Shown: positions 9,701 through 18,575, counted from the stretch's first letter. The stretch: 64,000 bases of DNA from an uncultured Eubacteriales bacterium (GCA_934454405.1 CAKSFN010000006.1:10503-74502), one strand, 5' to 3'. Notes: a model not told the origin generated them from the letters alone. Made by a program: numbers and translations.

Positions 9701-10247
9701 GTTCCCCCTGCGCGCAAAGCCTTCCGTCACGCCCGAATTTTTGGCTCCCTCGAAGATGAGCGGCGCGGAAAGGGGAACCGCAATCCATCGCTTCGTGTCG
9801 CTCATAGACCCGAACGCCGACCCCGAAAGCGAGATGAAGCGTCTTATCTCGGAAAATGTTCTGACCGAACGCGACGCGGAGGCCGTCAACATCGAAAAGA
9901 TTCGTCTTTTCCTTGCCTCGGATATCGGCGAACTGCTTAAAACCTCGAAAAAGGTATACCGCGAAGAAGCCTTCGTCGTTCGCATTCCGGCAAGCGAGTA
10001 CGCCGCCGACGCGGAAGGGGACGCCGAGATACTTCTGCAAGGCGCGATAGACGCTCTCTGCCGAACGGATAACGGGCTTGTTCTGATAGATTACAAGTCG
10101 GACAGAAAGACGGAGGAGGAACTGACGGAACGCTATTCCGGTCAGCTCAACAGGTACGCCTTCGCCGCCGAAAAAATATTCGGAGAGCCCGTCGTCAAAA
10201 AGTATATCTGGTCATTCTCCCTCGACAGGAAGATAGAGATAATCTGA
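6735..10247 (+). CDS. addA: Helicase-nuclease AddAB, subunit A (UvrD-like helicase + RecB nuclease)
   Basis: Walker A AAAGSGKTS, DEYQDT, a UvrD-type layout and a C-terminal nuclease region (LIDYKSD). ATG 6735 lies 9 nt after GGAGGG. Confidence 0.92.
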   Translation: MAERWTEAQKAAITEKGRNIIVSAAAGSGKTSVLSERVCRFVADGGDIERLLVVTFTKAASKEMRSRIRRKIADLCRGETDAAVKARLRRQLVKVGNARISTIDSFFGDLVRENFRVVGVSPNFGMADATETAAAEQEALEKVISRAFEEMSDDFKTLIDLVGGDIRNEKIPLDVKYISSKLATVPFRSEWLEEKKKLYSDPAYFTSFCCSYIADRIGEVLPAFEELLDSGLIGGQNNASALDEVVFKLRSALDAAEKGDWDGARTLEFECRLTRRTKDDDVAAFDRFKQLRKKVRDKSSGNGLFDLPLLMHSTAAVAKELEVMRRPVSCLFDLVEAYSEELRRICAEKNKYTFDMITEAALRLLVKNYDHNSGAFEPTDLARAVAADFDGVMIDEYQDTSPVQDLCFAAVGRDDMFVVGDLKQAIYAFRGTSPECFAKKRDVFYRIDLNRNFRSRKGILDFANFLFSMLLSEKVGGVEYDDGEWLNHGEKAEPEQARPSPDVEFDVLRGDYENSLLESDALKPYASHAARRILGLVEKGDCGRKYEFSDIAVLCLSNGQCEQIQRACRALGVPSFFEKGSDLFESKTVGAVVRVLRALNNPYSDIDLYACMTCGIFDVRESDVAQAVAAFGKGGYLYDKISAFAENSDRIDAFLSSFRALRALSFELPLSSLVRRIYDATGCAEKVLLLPRGEERHEDLMSFEAFTLGHEQACDGSLSRFLKLIDDFIASGEKNEPVSAPKGDFVRVMTVHGSKGLEFPVCILPNLEKDFTKTKPVSHNVLFSSRFAVGTKLRDEEGTVEAPSFLYSLNKLLDRNEKVSEELRVFYVAVTRAKEKLILCASAEALKPDEYAYFYNYTAAPDGPKKLKCLRLAVETCKSFAAFASLAMTHRPDSGFFNCADVPALTPDEPVRVNVFKSADAKAEDAEPDGETPPEMPDGGQVCMCGVPKQELDRRFGASLSTVLSRVPAKISVTELTKGFIADENAEPLFPLRAKPSVTPEFLAPSKMSGAERGTAIHRFVSLIDPNADPESEMKRLISENVLTERDAEAVNIEKIRLFLASDIGELLKTSKKVYREEAFVVRIPASEYAADAEGDAEILLQGAIDALCRTDNGLVLIDYKSDRKTEEELTERYSGQLNRYAFAAEKIFGEPVVKKYIWSFSLDRKIEII

Positions 10248-10248
10248 C

Positions 10249-10395
10249 GCCGCCGCGCTTTCGTTCCGCCGGACGCTCTGCCGCCGCGATTTCGCTTCGC
10301 CGAACGCTCTGCCGTCACGATTTCACTTCGCAGGACGCTCTGCCGCCGCGTTTTCGCTCCTCCGAACGCTTCGCCGCCGCGTTTTCGCTTCGCCG
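10249..10395. repeat. 5 x 31-bp GC-rich tandem repeat
   Basis: Units of the form CCGCCGCG(A/T)TTTCGCTTCGCCGAACGCTCTG, read directly after the addA stop. Confidence 0.85.
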
Positions 10396-10412
10396 AAAAA
10401 AAATATTAAGAT

Positions 10413-10453
10413 GACTGCGGAAACGTGATAAGCTTCCGCAGTCTGTTTTTTTT
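10413..10453 (+). terminator. Rho-independent terminator of addBA
   Basis: GACTGCGGAA-N11-TTCCGCAGTC followed by a T9 run. Confidence 0.75.
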
Positions 10454-10473
10454 CAAAAATCTTCAAAAAAGGA

Positions 10474-10502
10474 TTGACAAAGCTTTTCGTATGTATTATC
10501 AT
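10474..10502 (+). promoter_or_regulatory. Sigma-A type promoter
   Basis: TTGACA-17 nt-TATCAT upstream of the first lipoprotein gene. Confidence 0.55.
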
Positions 10503-10566
10503 ACAGACAGAGTGTTGCAATAGTCTGTCTTTTACGCTCCCGAAAAAAGGAAAGGATAAAGAAATT

Positions 10567-12111
10567 ATGCTCAAAAGAATATTCTCCGTTCTTCTTGCCG
10601 CCGCCGCGCTGTTCCTTTCCGCTGCCTGCGACCGACAGCCTTCCGCCGCGCCGACGCGGGGCTTCACTCTTGCCGGGCTGCCCGACATCGGCGGGTATAA
10701 ACCGAAAGGCTCTCCGACATATTTCGACACGGCGCTGACCGAGTTCGTCCCGGACGACGGCTACGGAACGCTTGCGCCGTATCTCGGCGACATGTATGAG
10801 TATTATCTCGACGGCGGAATCTCCGGAAGTTCGCGCGCGAAAGATCCGTATACCGTCATTCCGATTTACGGGCTCTGCACCGCCGACGGCAGGATAGTCA
10901 CCGCGCCGATATACAAAAGCGTCGTATACCGGGACGGGTATTATCTTCTCGAGCGGTTCGAGCCTGCGACTGTATCCGTTTTAGCGCAGTCCTTTCCTGT
11001 CGGAGATACGGACGTTACATATCTGATAATACCCTCCGACGGTTCGTTTGTGGCCGAGCTTAAAACGTGCGGCACGGCGAAGTATTGCGGTGACGGAATA
11101 TTCGCGTATTATCACTCTTCTTCAAAAAATTCCGCAAAAACGGCATACTGCACCGCCCGCGGCGAGATATTGTATTTTGACAAAAGCGAATTCTTCGGTT
11201 TCACGCTCTCTTTTTATAACGGCGTCGCGCTTGAAGAAAACTTCGTTTCCGAGTCGGCGGACGGGGAGTCGGAGTACGCATATCGCTTTGTCGATACTTC
11301 TTTCAACACCGTTTCAACCCCCGTCGAAGCCAAAGATTTCAGGTGCGGGCTGTTTTGCGTCGGCGACGGAAACGGCAAATACGGCGTGACGGCGAACGGC
11401 AAAGATATGCTGCTTCCCGTTGAATACGACGGCGTGTTCGGCGACGAAAACGGCATAGTTGCGGTAAAAGGCTCGGCGGCTTACGCGTTTGATCCCGATA
11501 TGAAGTCCCTCGGCACGTTCGACATCGGCGGCGACGGGCTGAAAAACAACGTCGAAGCCGCCCGTATAGTCAGCCCCGACGCCGTTTGTTTTTCGACCTT
11601 GTATACAGGCACGTTTTTGCTTACGAATTCGGGCAAAAGACAGAATATTTCCGGATTTTACGATACGGTTTTTTATCCCGACAGCGGCGTTTACTCCGTT
11701 TCTCTGTCCGACGGCGGAGCGGTTCTCGACCGTGACTTAAACGAGCTTTTCAAAGCACCCGAGGGTTATTCCGTAAATATGTGGGTACTGCCTTGCGACA
11801 TTCTCGTTTTTTACGCTATGCGGTCTTCCGAGGCTATTGTTTACGACCCCGAAAACGGAAAAACGCGTAAATACGAGCTTTCGGCATACTTTGACGGTCT
11901 CGGAGGCTTTTTTCTGACAGGTTCTCCCGAAAAGCGGACGCTTGCGCTCACCGACCCCGTCACGGGCGAACAAAAAACAAAGGTTGACAGTCTGGCGCGC
12001 GCTCTCGGCACCGCTCTCGGCACTCTTGTTTTTTACGATCGCGGCGGTTACGCATATACAGTTGACGAAAATTTCAACACCGTTTGCTGTGCGCCGATAA
12101 ACAGGGACTGA
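10567..12111 (+). CDS. WG-repeat lipoprotein, paralogue A
   Basis: Signal peptide plus lipobox (LFLSAAC). It has GKYG..G...LP.EYD type WG repeats, and its ends are conserved with the two downstream paralogues. Start at MLKRIF. Confidence 0.75.
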   Translation: MLKRIFSVLLAAAALFLSAACDRQPSAAPTRGFTLAGLPDIGGYKPKGSPTYFDTALTEFVPDDGYGTLAPYLGDMYEYYLDGGISGSSRAKDPYTVIPIYGLCTADGRIVTAPIYKSVVYRDGYYLLERFEPATVSVLAQSFPVGDTDVTYLIIPSDGSFVAELKTCGTAKYCGDGIFAYYHSSSKNSAKTAYCTARGEILYFDKSEFFGFTLSFYNGVALEENFVSESADGESEYAYRFVDTSFNTVSTPVEAKDFRCGLFCVGDGNGKYGVTANGKDMLLPVEYDGVFGDENGIVAVKGSAAYAFDPDMKSLGTFDIGGDGLKNNVEAARIVSPDAVCFSTLYTGTFLLTNSGKRQNISGFYDTVFYPDSGVYSVSLSDGGAVLDRDLNELFKAPEGYSVNMWVLPCDILVFYAMRSSEAIVYDPENGKTRKYELSAYFDGLGGFFLTGSPEKRTLALTDPVTGEQKTKVDSLARALGTALGTLVFYDRGGYAYTVDENFNTVCCAPINRD

Positions 12112-12321
12112 ACGGCGAACGACGCGAGATCCGACGCCCGCGACAGGCGCAGGGGGAAATAAGCCTATATCCGATTTGCGTTTGTGAATATTTTGCAAAC
12201 TGATGCGTTTTCGCGTCACAAAACCATTTGTAAAACGTTTGATATACTGAACGGGCAAATATCATTATTCAGAATATAAAAATATATTATTCATGCTCTC
12301 TCACATCAAAGGGGTTTTGAA

Positions 12322-13836
12322 ATGAAAAAAGCCGTCTCTTTTATTCTCCTTTTCGCTGTTCTTCTGACGCTGTTCTGCGCCTGCAAGAAAAACGGCGAAA
12401 CACAGCCGACTTCTTCGTCCGAACCGACAACGTGGGGCTTAATTCTCGACGAACTGCCCGACATCGGCAAGTATAAGCCGGCGACTTCGCCGCGAATGTT
12501 TGATAAGTACGTCGATAATCTTATCCCGCGCTCCGATTACGGCGAACTTGTGCCGTATCTCGGCGCCGTCGCGGATTACTTTTTCAATATCTCGGACGCC
12601 GCCGCGAACTACACAACGGTTAAAGACGGAACTTTTGCCGAAACGAAAGGGCTTTTCGGGCTTTGCCGCAAGGACGGAACTATTGTCACCGACCCTGTTT
12701 ATGCGTCCGTTCAATACTGCGACGGTTACTATCTGCTGAAAAAGGCTTCCGTCGATACGACGTATGACCCCTCTGATTTTCGCGGCAATTTTTATGTTGT
12801 TCCGAAAGACGGCTCTTCGATTTTTTCTTTCGGAAAAAACGTTTATGTCGAATACTGGGGCTGCGGAGTATTCCGCGCAATATATGACTGTGAAAACAAT
12901 AACGAAAAATATTATTCCGCGACGGGAAAACTGCTGCTCGACAACTCCGACGGCAATTATTTTCTGACACGTTTCACAAACGGTGTCGCGAGTCTCCTTT
13001 TTGACGGTCAGACACGCTTTGTCGATACTTCCTTTAAGACTTTGCTGACCGTTCCCGATGCGGAAATGCTTTCCGACAACGGATATTTTGCCGTGCTGAC
13101 GGACAGCGGAAAGTATATGATATACAAAGGCACAAAGCCGCTTTCGGACAGAAAATTCGATAAAAAACCCGCATACGATAACGGATATTTCCTTATCCGC
13201 GACGGAGAGTACGCCGTTGTGCTTGACGAAAAACTGAAAGAGGTCTCCCGTTTTCCCGTTGACCCTGCGGAAGAAGATATTTATTTATATTCCGCGAATG
13301 TTCTTTCCGTAGGCGGACGTTTGATAGACAACAGCGGAAAAAAACTTCCGTATGACTCTCTTTCGTATATCCCCGAACTGAAAATGTATGTGGGCGGCAA
13401 TTACGGAAGCGGTGAAAACGGAAGCGTCACATACCGCGTTGTTTCGAAGGACTTAAAAACACTTTATACCGCCCCGAAAGATTGGTATATCACTAATTTT
13501 AATATCGGCAGATATGTCGTTCTGAAACGCTCCCTTGACCCCGCCAACGGCGAAGTTTACGAAAATAGACTTGCGGACACCTCCGATTGGAGCATTGTCG
13601 AAAACGTTTTTCTTATCGACGGCTTTGACGGCTATTCTCTCCCGACCGAGGACGGCAGTCACCGCAACCTCTTTTCGGGCAAGGACGGCAAAGTTCTGCT
13701 GACGTATTCGACATTTTTCGCCGTGTCCGAAACCTCTCTCGGCACTCTGTATTTCTACGACCTCGACGGCTATGCCTATACAACAGACGCAAATCGGAAC
13801 GTGCTTTGCCGCACAACGATGAACGCAACAGACTGA
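12322..13836 (+). CDS. WG-repeat lipoprotein, paralogue B
   Basis: Lipobox LTLFCAC. N-terminal TTWG..LDELPDIGKYK and C-terminal GTLYFYDLDGYAYT..NVLCRTTMN are shared with paralogue C. Confidence 0.8.
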   Translation: MKKAVSFILLFAVLLTLFCACKKNGETQPTSSSEPTTWGLILDELPDIGKYKPATSPRMFDKYVDNLIPRSDYGELVPYLGAVADYFFNISDAAANYTTVKDGTFAETKGLFGLCRKDGTIVTDPVYASVQYCDGYYLLKKASVDTTYDPSDFRGNFYVVPKDGSSIFSFGKNVYVEYWGCGVFRAIYDCENNNEKYYSATGKLLLDNSDGNYFLTRFTNGVASLLFDGQTRFVDTSFKTLLTVPDAEMLSDNGYFAVLTDSGKYMIYKGTKPLSDRKFDKKPAYDNGYFLIRDGEYAVVLDEKLKEVSRFPVDPAEEDIYLYSANVLSVGGRLIDNSGKKLPYDSLSYIPELKMYVGGNYGSGENGSVTYRVVSKDLKTLYTAPKDWYITNFNIGRYVVLKRSLDPANGEVYENRLADTSDWSIVENVFLIDGFDGYSLPTEDGSHRNLFSGKDGKVLLTYSTFFAVSETSLGTLYFYDLDGYAYTTDANRNVLCRTTMNATD

Positions 13837-13988
13837 CGCGCGCCCGAAAAAGAAACGCACCGCCGTGCGGCTCGGTTGCAGCGAAAAAGGCAAGTCCGAA
13901 ACGCGCGATTTTTCAGATGATATATAAAGCGTTCGACAGGTGACCATGCCGTTGAATCGCAGATTTTCATATCAAAGGGGTTTTGACA

Positions 13989-15479
13989 ATGAAAAAAACC
14001 GTCTCTCTTCTTCTCCTTTTCGCGGTTCTTCTGACGCTGTTCTGCGCCTGCAAGAAAAATGAAACGCAGCAGCCAACCTCTTCGCCCGAACCGACAACGT
14101 GGGGCTTCATGCTCGACGAACTGCCCGACATCGGCAAGTATAAGTCGGCGGATTCGCCGCGAATGTTTGATAAGTACGTCGATAATCTTATCCCGCGTTC
14201 CGATTACGGCGAACTTATGCCGTATCTCGGCTCCGTTGTTCAATATGAGACCGCAGAGGTCGAAGATGTATATATGTCGGAAATGATTCGCGGCTACTAC
14301 GGTCTTTGCACCGTTGACGGCGTTATTGTGACCGATCCCGTTTACGACAGCATCGAATATTGCGACGGTTATTATCTGCTTGGAAAAAACCACAGCGGCG
14401 ACGATACCGAGACATCCGAAACTTTCCTGATACCGAAAGACGGTTCGTCAATATTCGAATTTCCGAAAAATAAATCCGTTTCTTATCGAGGAGACGGCAT
14501 TTTCAGTTGCTGTGAGGCTTCGTATGGAGCTGTCGATTCCGACACCTCTTATTATTCCGCAGCGGGAAAATATCTTTTCACGGCAGATGAAAGTTCCTCC
14601 GTTTCCGAGTTCGTCAACGGCACGGCGCTGCTGTACGCATACGGCTCGGACTTTAAGCTTGAATACTACATAATAAACAAGTCGGGCAAAAGAATCAAAA
14701 AATTCGAGTACGGCGTTGCAGGCGCCGCATCTACCGCACCCGGTGAGTTTGTTGTTTACGGTGCCGACGGAAAATGCGGGCTTTATCGCGGAGAAAAACA
14801 GATACTGCCTTGCGAATATGACAGTGTATGCTCCGATGATTACGGCAATATATTTGCGGTAAAGAATAAAACAGTCACCGTCTTTGACGAAAACAAAAAA
14901 GTGAAGACGACATTCGACATTTCGGGCAACTTTAATGCGAAGCGTATCAACCTTGACGGGGATCTCATTTCTGTCGGAGATCGGAACATGGTTTACAATT
15001 TTACGGGAGCTTCCCGTCAATGCGATTATGCGGACGAACTTGGCAATGGACTGTATTTGCTTCACATCGGCAGAAAGCAAACCGTTGTGGATAAAAACCT
15101 GAAAACCGTATGCGACGTGCCCGAAGACGGTCGCCCGCAAGCGTTCTTTGCAAGCGAAAAGTATATTCCGTGCCTGTTCAACGATGACGGAAGCGGTTAT
15201 TATTATCGGCTGCTCGACAAAAACAGCGGCAAACTTTCAGCCGAAGAATATCCTGAATTGCTGAACCGCAAATATCTTTTGAAAAAGAATGAGGACGGCA
15301 GCGGATTTTCCGTTATTGCCCCCGACGACCTCTCCGTTATTCGGACGTATGACACCTTTATTGATTCTGTCGAGACGTCCCGCGGCACATTGTATGTTTA
15401 CGACTGTGACGGCTATGTTTGGACGGTTGACTCCGATTGGAACGTGCTCTGCCGCACAACGATGAACCTCACGGATTAG
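13989..15479 (+). CDS. WG-repeat lipoprotein, paralogue C
   Basis: ATG 13989 has the same GGGGTTTTGA upstream context as paralogue B. Same lipobox, and the first ~230 nt are nearly identical to B. Confidence 0.8.
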   Translation: MKKTVSLLLLFAVLLTLFCACKKNETQQPTSSPEPTTWGFMLDELPDIGKYKSADSPRMFDKYVDNLIPRSDYGELMPYLGSVVQYETAEVEDVYMSEMIRGYYGLCTVDGVIVTDPVYDSIEYCDGYYLLGKNHSGDDTETSETFLIPKDGSSIFEFPKNKSVSYRGDGIFSCCEASYGAVDSDTSYYSAAGKYLFTADESSSVSEFVNGTALLYAYGSDFKLEYYIINKSGKRIKKFEYGVAGAASTAPGEFVVYGADGKCGLYRGEKQILPCEYDSVCSDDYGNIFAVKNKTVTVFDENKKVKTTFDISGNFNAKRINLDGDLISVGDRNMVYNFTGASRQCDYADELGNGLYLLHIGRKQTVVDKNLKTVCDVPEDGRPQAFFASEKYIPCLFNDDGSGYYYRLLDKNSGKLSAEEYPELLNRKYLLKKNEDGSGFSVIAPDDLSVIRTYDTFIDSVETSRGTLYVYDCDGYVWTVDSDWNVLCRTTMNLTD

Positions 15480-15633
15480 AAAACGTAAAAGCCCGAGTGA
15501 GTGTTTTGCCGTAAAAAAACGGAAATCCGCTTTTACGCCGTAGAACACGCTCCGCTGATAAATCATTTGCCGGAATATTTTCCCGTCTCCCGAAATCGGA
15601 CCTTTGCTTTGAATAAAAGCCGCTGAAAAACTC

Positions 15634-15688
15634 CCGTTTTGCCGCCCGATGCAGCGTCGGGGGAGAGCAAAACGGCGGCGCAGCCGTT
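15634..15688. repeat. Structured ~55-bp repeat, copy 1 of 2
   Basis: CCGTTTTGC...GCAAAACGG closing stem plus an ACGGC-N6-GCCGT hairpin. The second copy is at 27557-27612, with a different but still paired interior. Confidence 0.7.
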
Positions 15689-15842
15689 ATCTGTATCGGG
15701 GCAATGCCGTATTTTCCGCGACAAAAACCAAACAAAATTTTATATACTTATTCGCACATTGCAAAAGTTCTGTTATTCCCGCGCCCGATTTAATTATTAC
15801 AAGCACCCAATTAAATTATATAAAAAGAAAGGATTCCCCGCA

Positions 15843-16766
15843 ATGAAAAAACTCGTTTCTCTCGTACTTCTCGCCGCTCTTTTGCTCGGCTGCGTATGTG
15901 CCTGCACAAAGAAAGGCGAACCCTCAACCGCCGCCCCGACAACAACGGAACAGGGCAACACGTTCAAATTCACCGTTGACAACTATCCCAAAATGGGCGG
16001 CTCTCTTGCCTGTCTGCCTCTCGGCGAAGCCGTTACCGCCACCATATGCGGCATCGACCGCGAAAGTGCAAACAAAATGATTTCGTTCGCAGGCTCGACC
16101 ACCGATAACTACAAGTGGATTCTTGACGGCACTTTTGACATCGTTCTTGTCTACGAACCCTCGTCAGACGCGAAAAAGATGATAGAAGACTCGAAAGTCG
16201 GACTTGAAATGACCGCGATAGGCGCTGACGGCCTTGTTTTTATCGGCAACAAGGATAACCCCGTCACCAACCTGACCCGCGAAGATGTTGAAAAAATATT
16301 CAAGGGCGAAATGAAAAATTGGAGCGAACTCGGCGGCGACAAGGTCGATATCGTTCCTTTCCAGCGCAATAAGCAGAGCGGAAGCCAGACCCTTTTCGAC
16401 AAATTCTTCCCGCTCGGCGACGCTCTCATGGAACCCCCGAAAGATCAGATTGTCGGCTCTATGATAGGTCTTCTCGAAGCCATCGCGGGCTATGACGGCT
16501 CCACCGGCGCGCTCGGTTACACCGTTTATTACTATCTGACCAATATGGAAGCGGGCACGCTCGATTCCGCAAAAATATTCGACTTCAACGGCGTTACGCC
16601 CTCCAACAAGACGATAGCCTCCGGCGAATACGAACTTTCCAACGATTTCTATGTCGTTATCCGCGCCGACGAACCCGCCGACAGCCCCGCAAGAATCCTC
16701 TACAACTGGATCTGCTCCGCACAGGGCAAACAGCTCATCGAAAAAGAGAACTACGCCGCAAAATAA
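15843..16766 (+). CDS. PstS-like (PBP_like_2) substrate-binding lipoprotein, orphan
   Basis: Lipobox LLGCVCAC. Periplasmic-binding-protein-like sequence (QRNKQSGSQTLF) with no adjacent ABC permease or ATPase. Start at MKKLVSL. Confidence 0.65.
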   Translation: MKKLVSLVLLAALLLGCVCACTKKGEPSTAAPTTTEQGNTFKFTVDNYPKMGGSLACLPLGEAVTATICGIDRESANKMISFAGSTTDNYKWILDGTFDIVLVYEPSSDAKKMIEDSKVGLEMTAIGADGLVFIGNKDNPVTNLTREDVEKIFKGEMKNWSELGGDKVDIVPFQRNKQSGSQTLFDKFFPLGDALMEPPKDQIVGSMIGLLEAIAGYDGSTGALGYTVYYYLTNMEAGTLDSAKIFDFNGVTPSNKTIASGEYELSNDFYVVIRADEPADSPARILYNWICSAQGKQLIEKENYAAK

Positions 16767-16802
16767 CCTTATCCTGCTCATAATCGGGGGATAGCCTTGT
16801 CT

Positions 16803-16963
16803 TTGCATAACAACAAAACACCCCAAATCTCCGTGTAGTGCGGGATAATGCTATCCCTCGTATGACATAAAAACCACAAATCCCCACATAATGCGAAATA
16901 ATGTTATTCCTTGCATAGCGACAAAACACCACAAATCCCGATAATTTCAATAATTCCTAATCC
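16803..16963. repeat. Degenerate ~50-57-bp tandem repeat (3 units)
   Basis: Units begin TTGCATAACAACAAAACACCCCAAATC, (T)ATGACATAAAAACCACAAATCC and TTGCATAGCGACAAAACACCACAAATCC. Read by eye. Confidence 0.6.
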
Positions 16964-16971
16964 GCATAAAA

Positions 16972-17011
16972 CCCCGCCCGCCCGAAAGACTTCTCTCTCG
17001 GACGGGCGGGG
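16972..17011 (+). terminator. GC-rich hairpin after the PstS-like gene
   Basis: CCCCGCCCG...CGGGCGGGG stem with an inner CCGA/TCGG pair. The T tract after it is weak. Confidence 0.5.
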
Positions 17012-17036
17012 CTCTTGCTTTGTATATCTTTGTTTT

Positions 17037-17136
17037 TTGTGCAGTCAACTGCACAAAGTCGTAAAAATCGTGCGTTTTGTGCAGTCAACCGCACAAATAT
17101 ATAAAAATCATCTGTTTTATGCAATCAACTGCACGA
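17037..17136. promoter_or_regulatory. Three 20-bp palindromes phased exactly 40 bp apart
   Basis: TTGTGCAGTCAACTGCACAA (17037), TTGTGCAGTCAACCGCACAA (17077) and TTATGCAATCAACTGCACGA (17117), with 9-bp arms and a 2-nt centre. Confidence 0.6.
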
Positions 17137-17282
17137 ATTTGCAACAGGGGTTATCGGCAAGAATAAAATATTTTATACTGTTAAATCGTGTGATTTTCGC
17201 TGTTGAATTTACCGTTTATTGCCGATAACGGCAAAGAACGAGCATTGTTTTATTATCCAGCCTTTTTTGTTATTGAAATTGA

Positions 17283-18506
17283 TTATATCAGATTGCTCGG
17301 AATAAAGCAGTTATCTTTGTCTATGGGTATCGGTTCTTCGCACATACAGATGATTCCGCCGTTTCCGCGATTCAGAGAAGCCTTGTCCAATACGCTGTAC
17401 TTTTTGATTTCACGACGGTCGGGTGCCGCGCTTTTTTTGATTTCCAACGGATGAATGACATTGTTTTCTTCAACAAACACATCAATTTCTTTTGCATTGG
17501 AATCTCGGAAGTAGGTGATGTTTACCTTTGACTTTGCGTAGGCATAGTTTTTAACAAGTTCCATTACAACATAGTTTTCATAGTAATGCCCGCTTGCGGC
17601 TCCGTTGCGCAGAGTATCCGGTGTCAGCCACATGGACAGATACGCACAAAGTCCCGTATCGCAGAAATACAGCTTCGGCGTTTTACTCAGCCGTTTGAGT
17701 TCATTGTTTGAATACGGCGCAAGAAGATAGACTATATTCAATCCGACAAGAATTTTCAGCCACTCTTTTGCTGTACTCGGTGCAATGTCGGCAGATTCCG
17801 CCAACGTTGAATAATTGACCTGCTCCGAAACAAGAGATGCGCAGCCCACAAGAAATTTGCGAAAACGAACGGTGTCTGTAATGCCGCCCGCTTCGGTGGC
17901 ATCACGCATAAGGTATGTGTCAATATAGGAATTGAAATACTCCTGTCTGAGTTCGTCCTCCACGCCCTGTATTTGGGGCATACCGCCCTCCCAAATGTGA
18001 TTGAATACTTGAACCACATCATTTTTCGGAAGTTTGCGTTGTCTTGCCTGTAATGTGGCGAGTGAGAAATCCAAATCTGTATCGAACACAAGTCCCGCTT
18101 TTTCTCTTGCGGACAAACTGTACAGTTCCAGAATTCCGATTCTTCCCGCAAGCGTCTCACGCACTTTCTTCATCATATTGTATTGTTGCGAGCCTGTAAG
18201 CCAGATAAGCCCTTTTTCGTTGCTCTCGTCGCAGATGATTTTGATTTGTTCGAACAATTCCGGCGCTTTCTGTACCTCATCAATGAGTATCGGAGGCTTA
18301 TATGTCTGAAAGAACAGCACAGGGTCGGACTGGGCAAGAGCTCTTATCATTGTATCGTCCATGGTGACATAAGTTCTGTCACTCTCTGCAAGGTGCTTTA
18401 ACATCGTCGTTTTGCCGACCTGCCTTGCACCCGTAACAAGAATAACATTGAAAAAATCATTAAGTTTTAAGAACTTGCGTTCAAGTTCCCGTGTAATATA
18501 TGCCAT
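17283..18506 (-). CDS. AAA ATPase with C-terminal PD-(D/E)xK-like module (DUF4143-type)
   Basis: Walker A GARQVGKTT, Walker B ILIDEVQ and a C-terminal EIDVFVE...LEIKKS. Start at MAYITREL (18506); the 88 upstream codons of the track ORF were rejected. Confidence 0.8.
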   Translation of the reverse strand: MAYITRELERKFLKLNDFFNVILVTGARQVGKTTMLKHLAESDRTYVTMDDTMIRALAQSDPVLFFQTYKPPILIDEVQKAPELFEQIKIICDESNEKGLIWLTGSQQYNMMKKVRETLAGRIGILELYSLSAREKAGLVFDTDLDFSLATLQARQRKLPKNDVVQVFNHIWEGGMPQIQGVEDELRQEYFNSYIDTYLMRDATEAGGITDTVRFRKFLVGCASLVSEQVNYSTLAESADIAPSTAKEWLKILVGLNIVYLLAPYSNNELKRLSKTPKLYFCDTGLCAYLSMWLTPDTLRNGAASGHYYENYVVMELVKNYAYAKSKVNITYFRDSNAKEIDVFVEENNVIHPLEIKKSAAPDRREIKKYSVLDKASLNRGNGGIICMCEEPIPIDKDNCFIPSNLI

Positions 18507-18546
18507 AATACACCTCGCATTTTTAGGATAATCTATGGTTAATCGT

Positions 18547-18575
18547 ATTTTATCATAATTTTCCCGTTTCGTCAA
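18547..18575 (-). promoter_or_regulatory. Sigma-A type promoter of the ATPase gene
   Basis: On the minus strand: TTGACG-17 nt-TAAAAT with TGn extension. Confidence 0.55.

Noticed and set aside
15639-15842. N-terminal extensions of track ORFs (15639, 10474, 1323, 46426, 55572, 48469, 29608, 34109, 36377 and the 18770 end of the ATPase ORF)
   Set aside because: The extensions begin at non-ATG codons or lack an RBS, overlap promoters or repeats, and precede an internal Met with a good RBS and a canonical signal peptide or family N-terminus.
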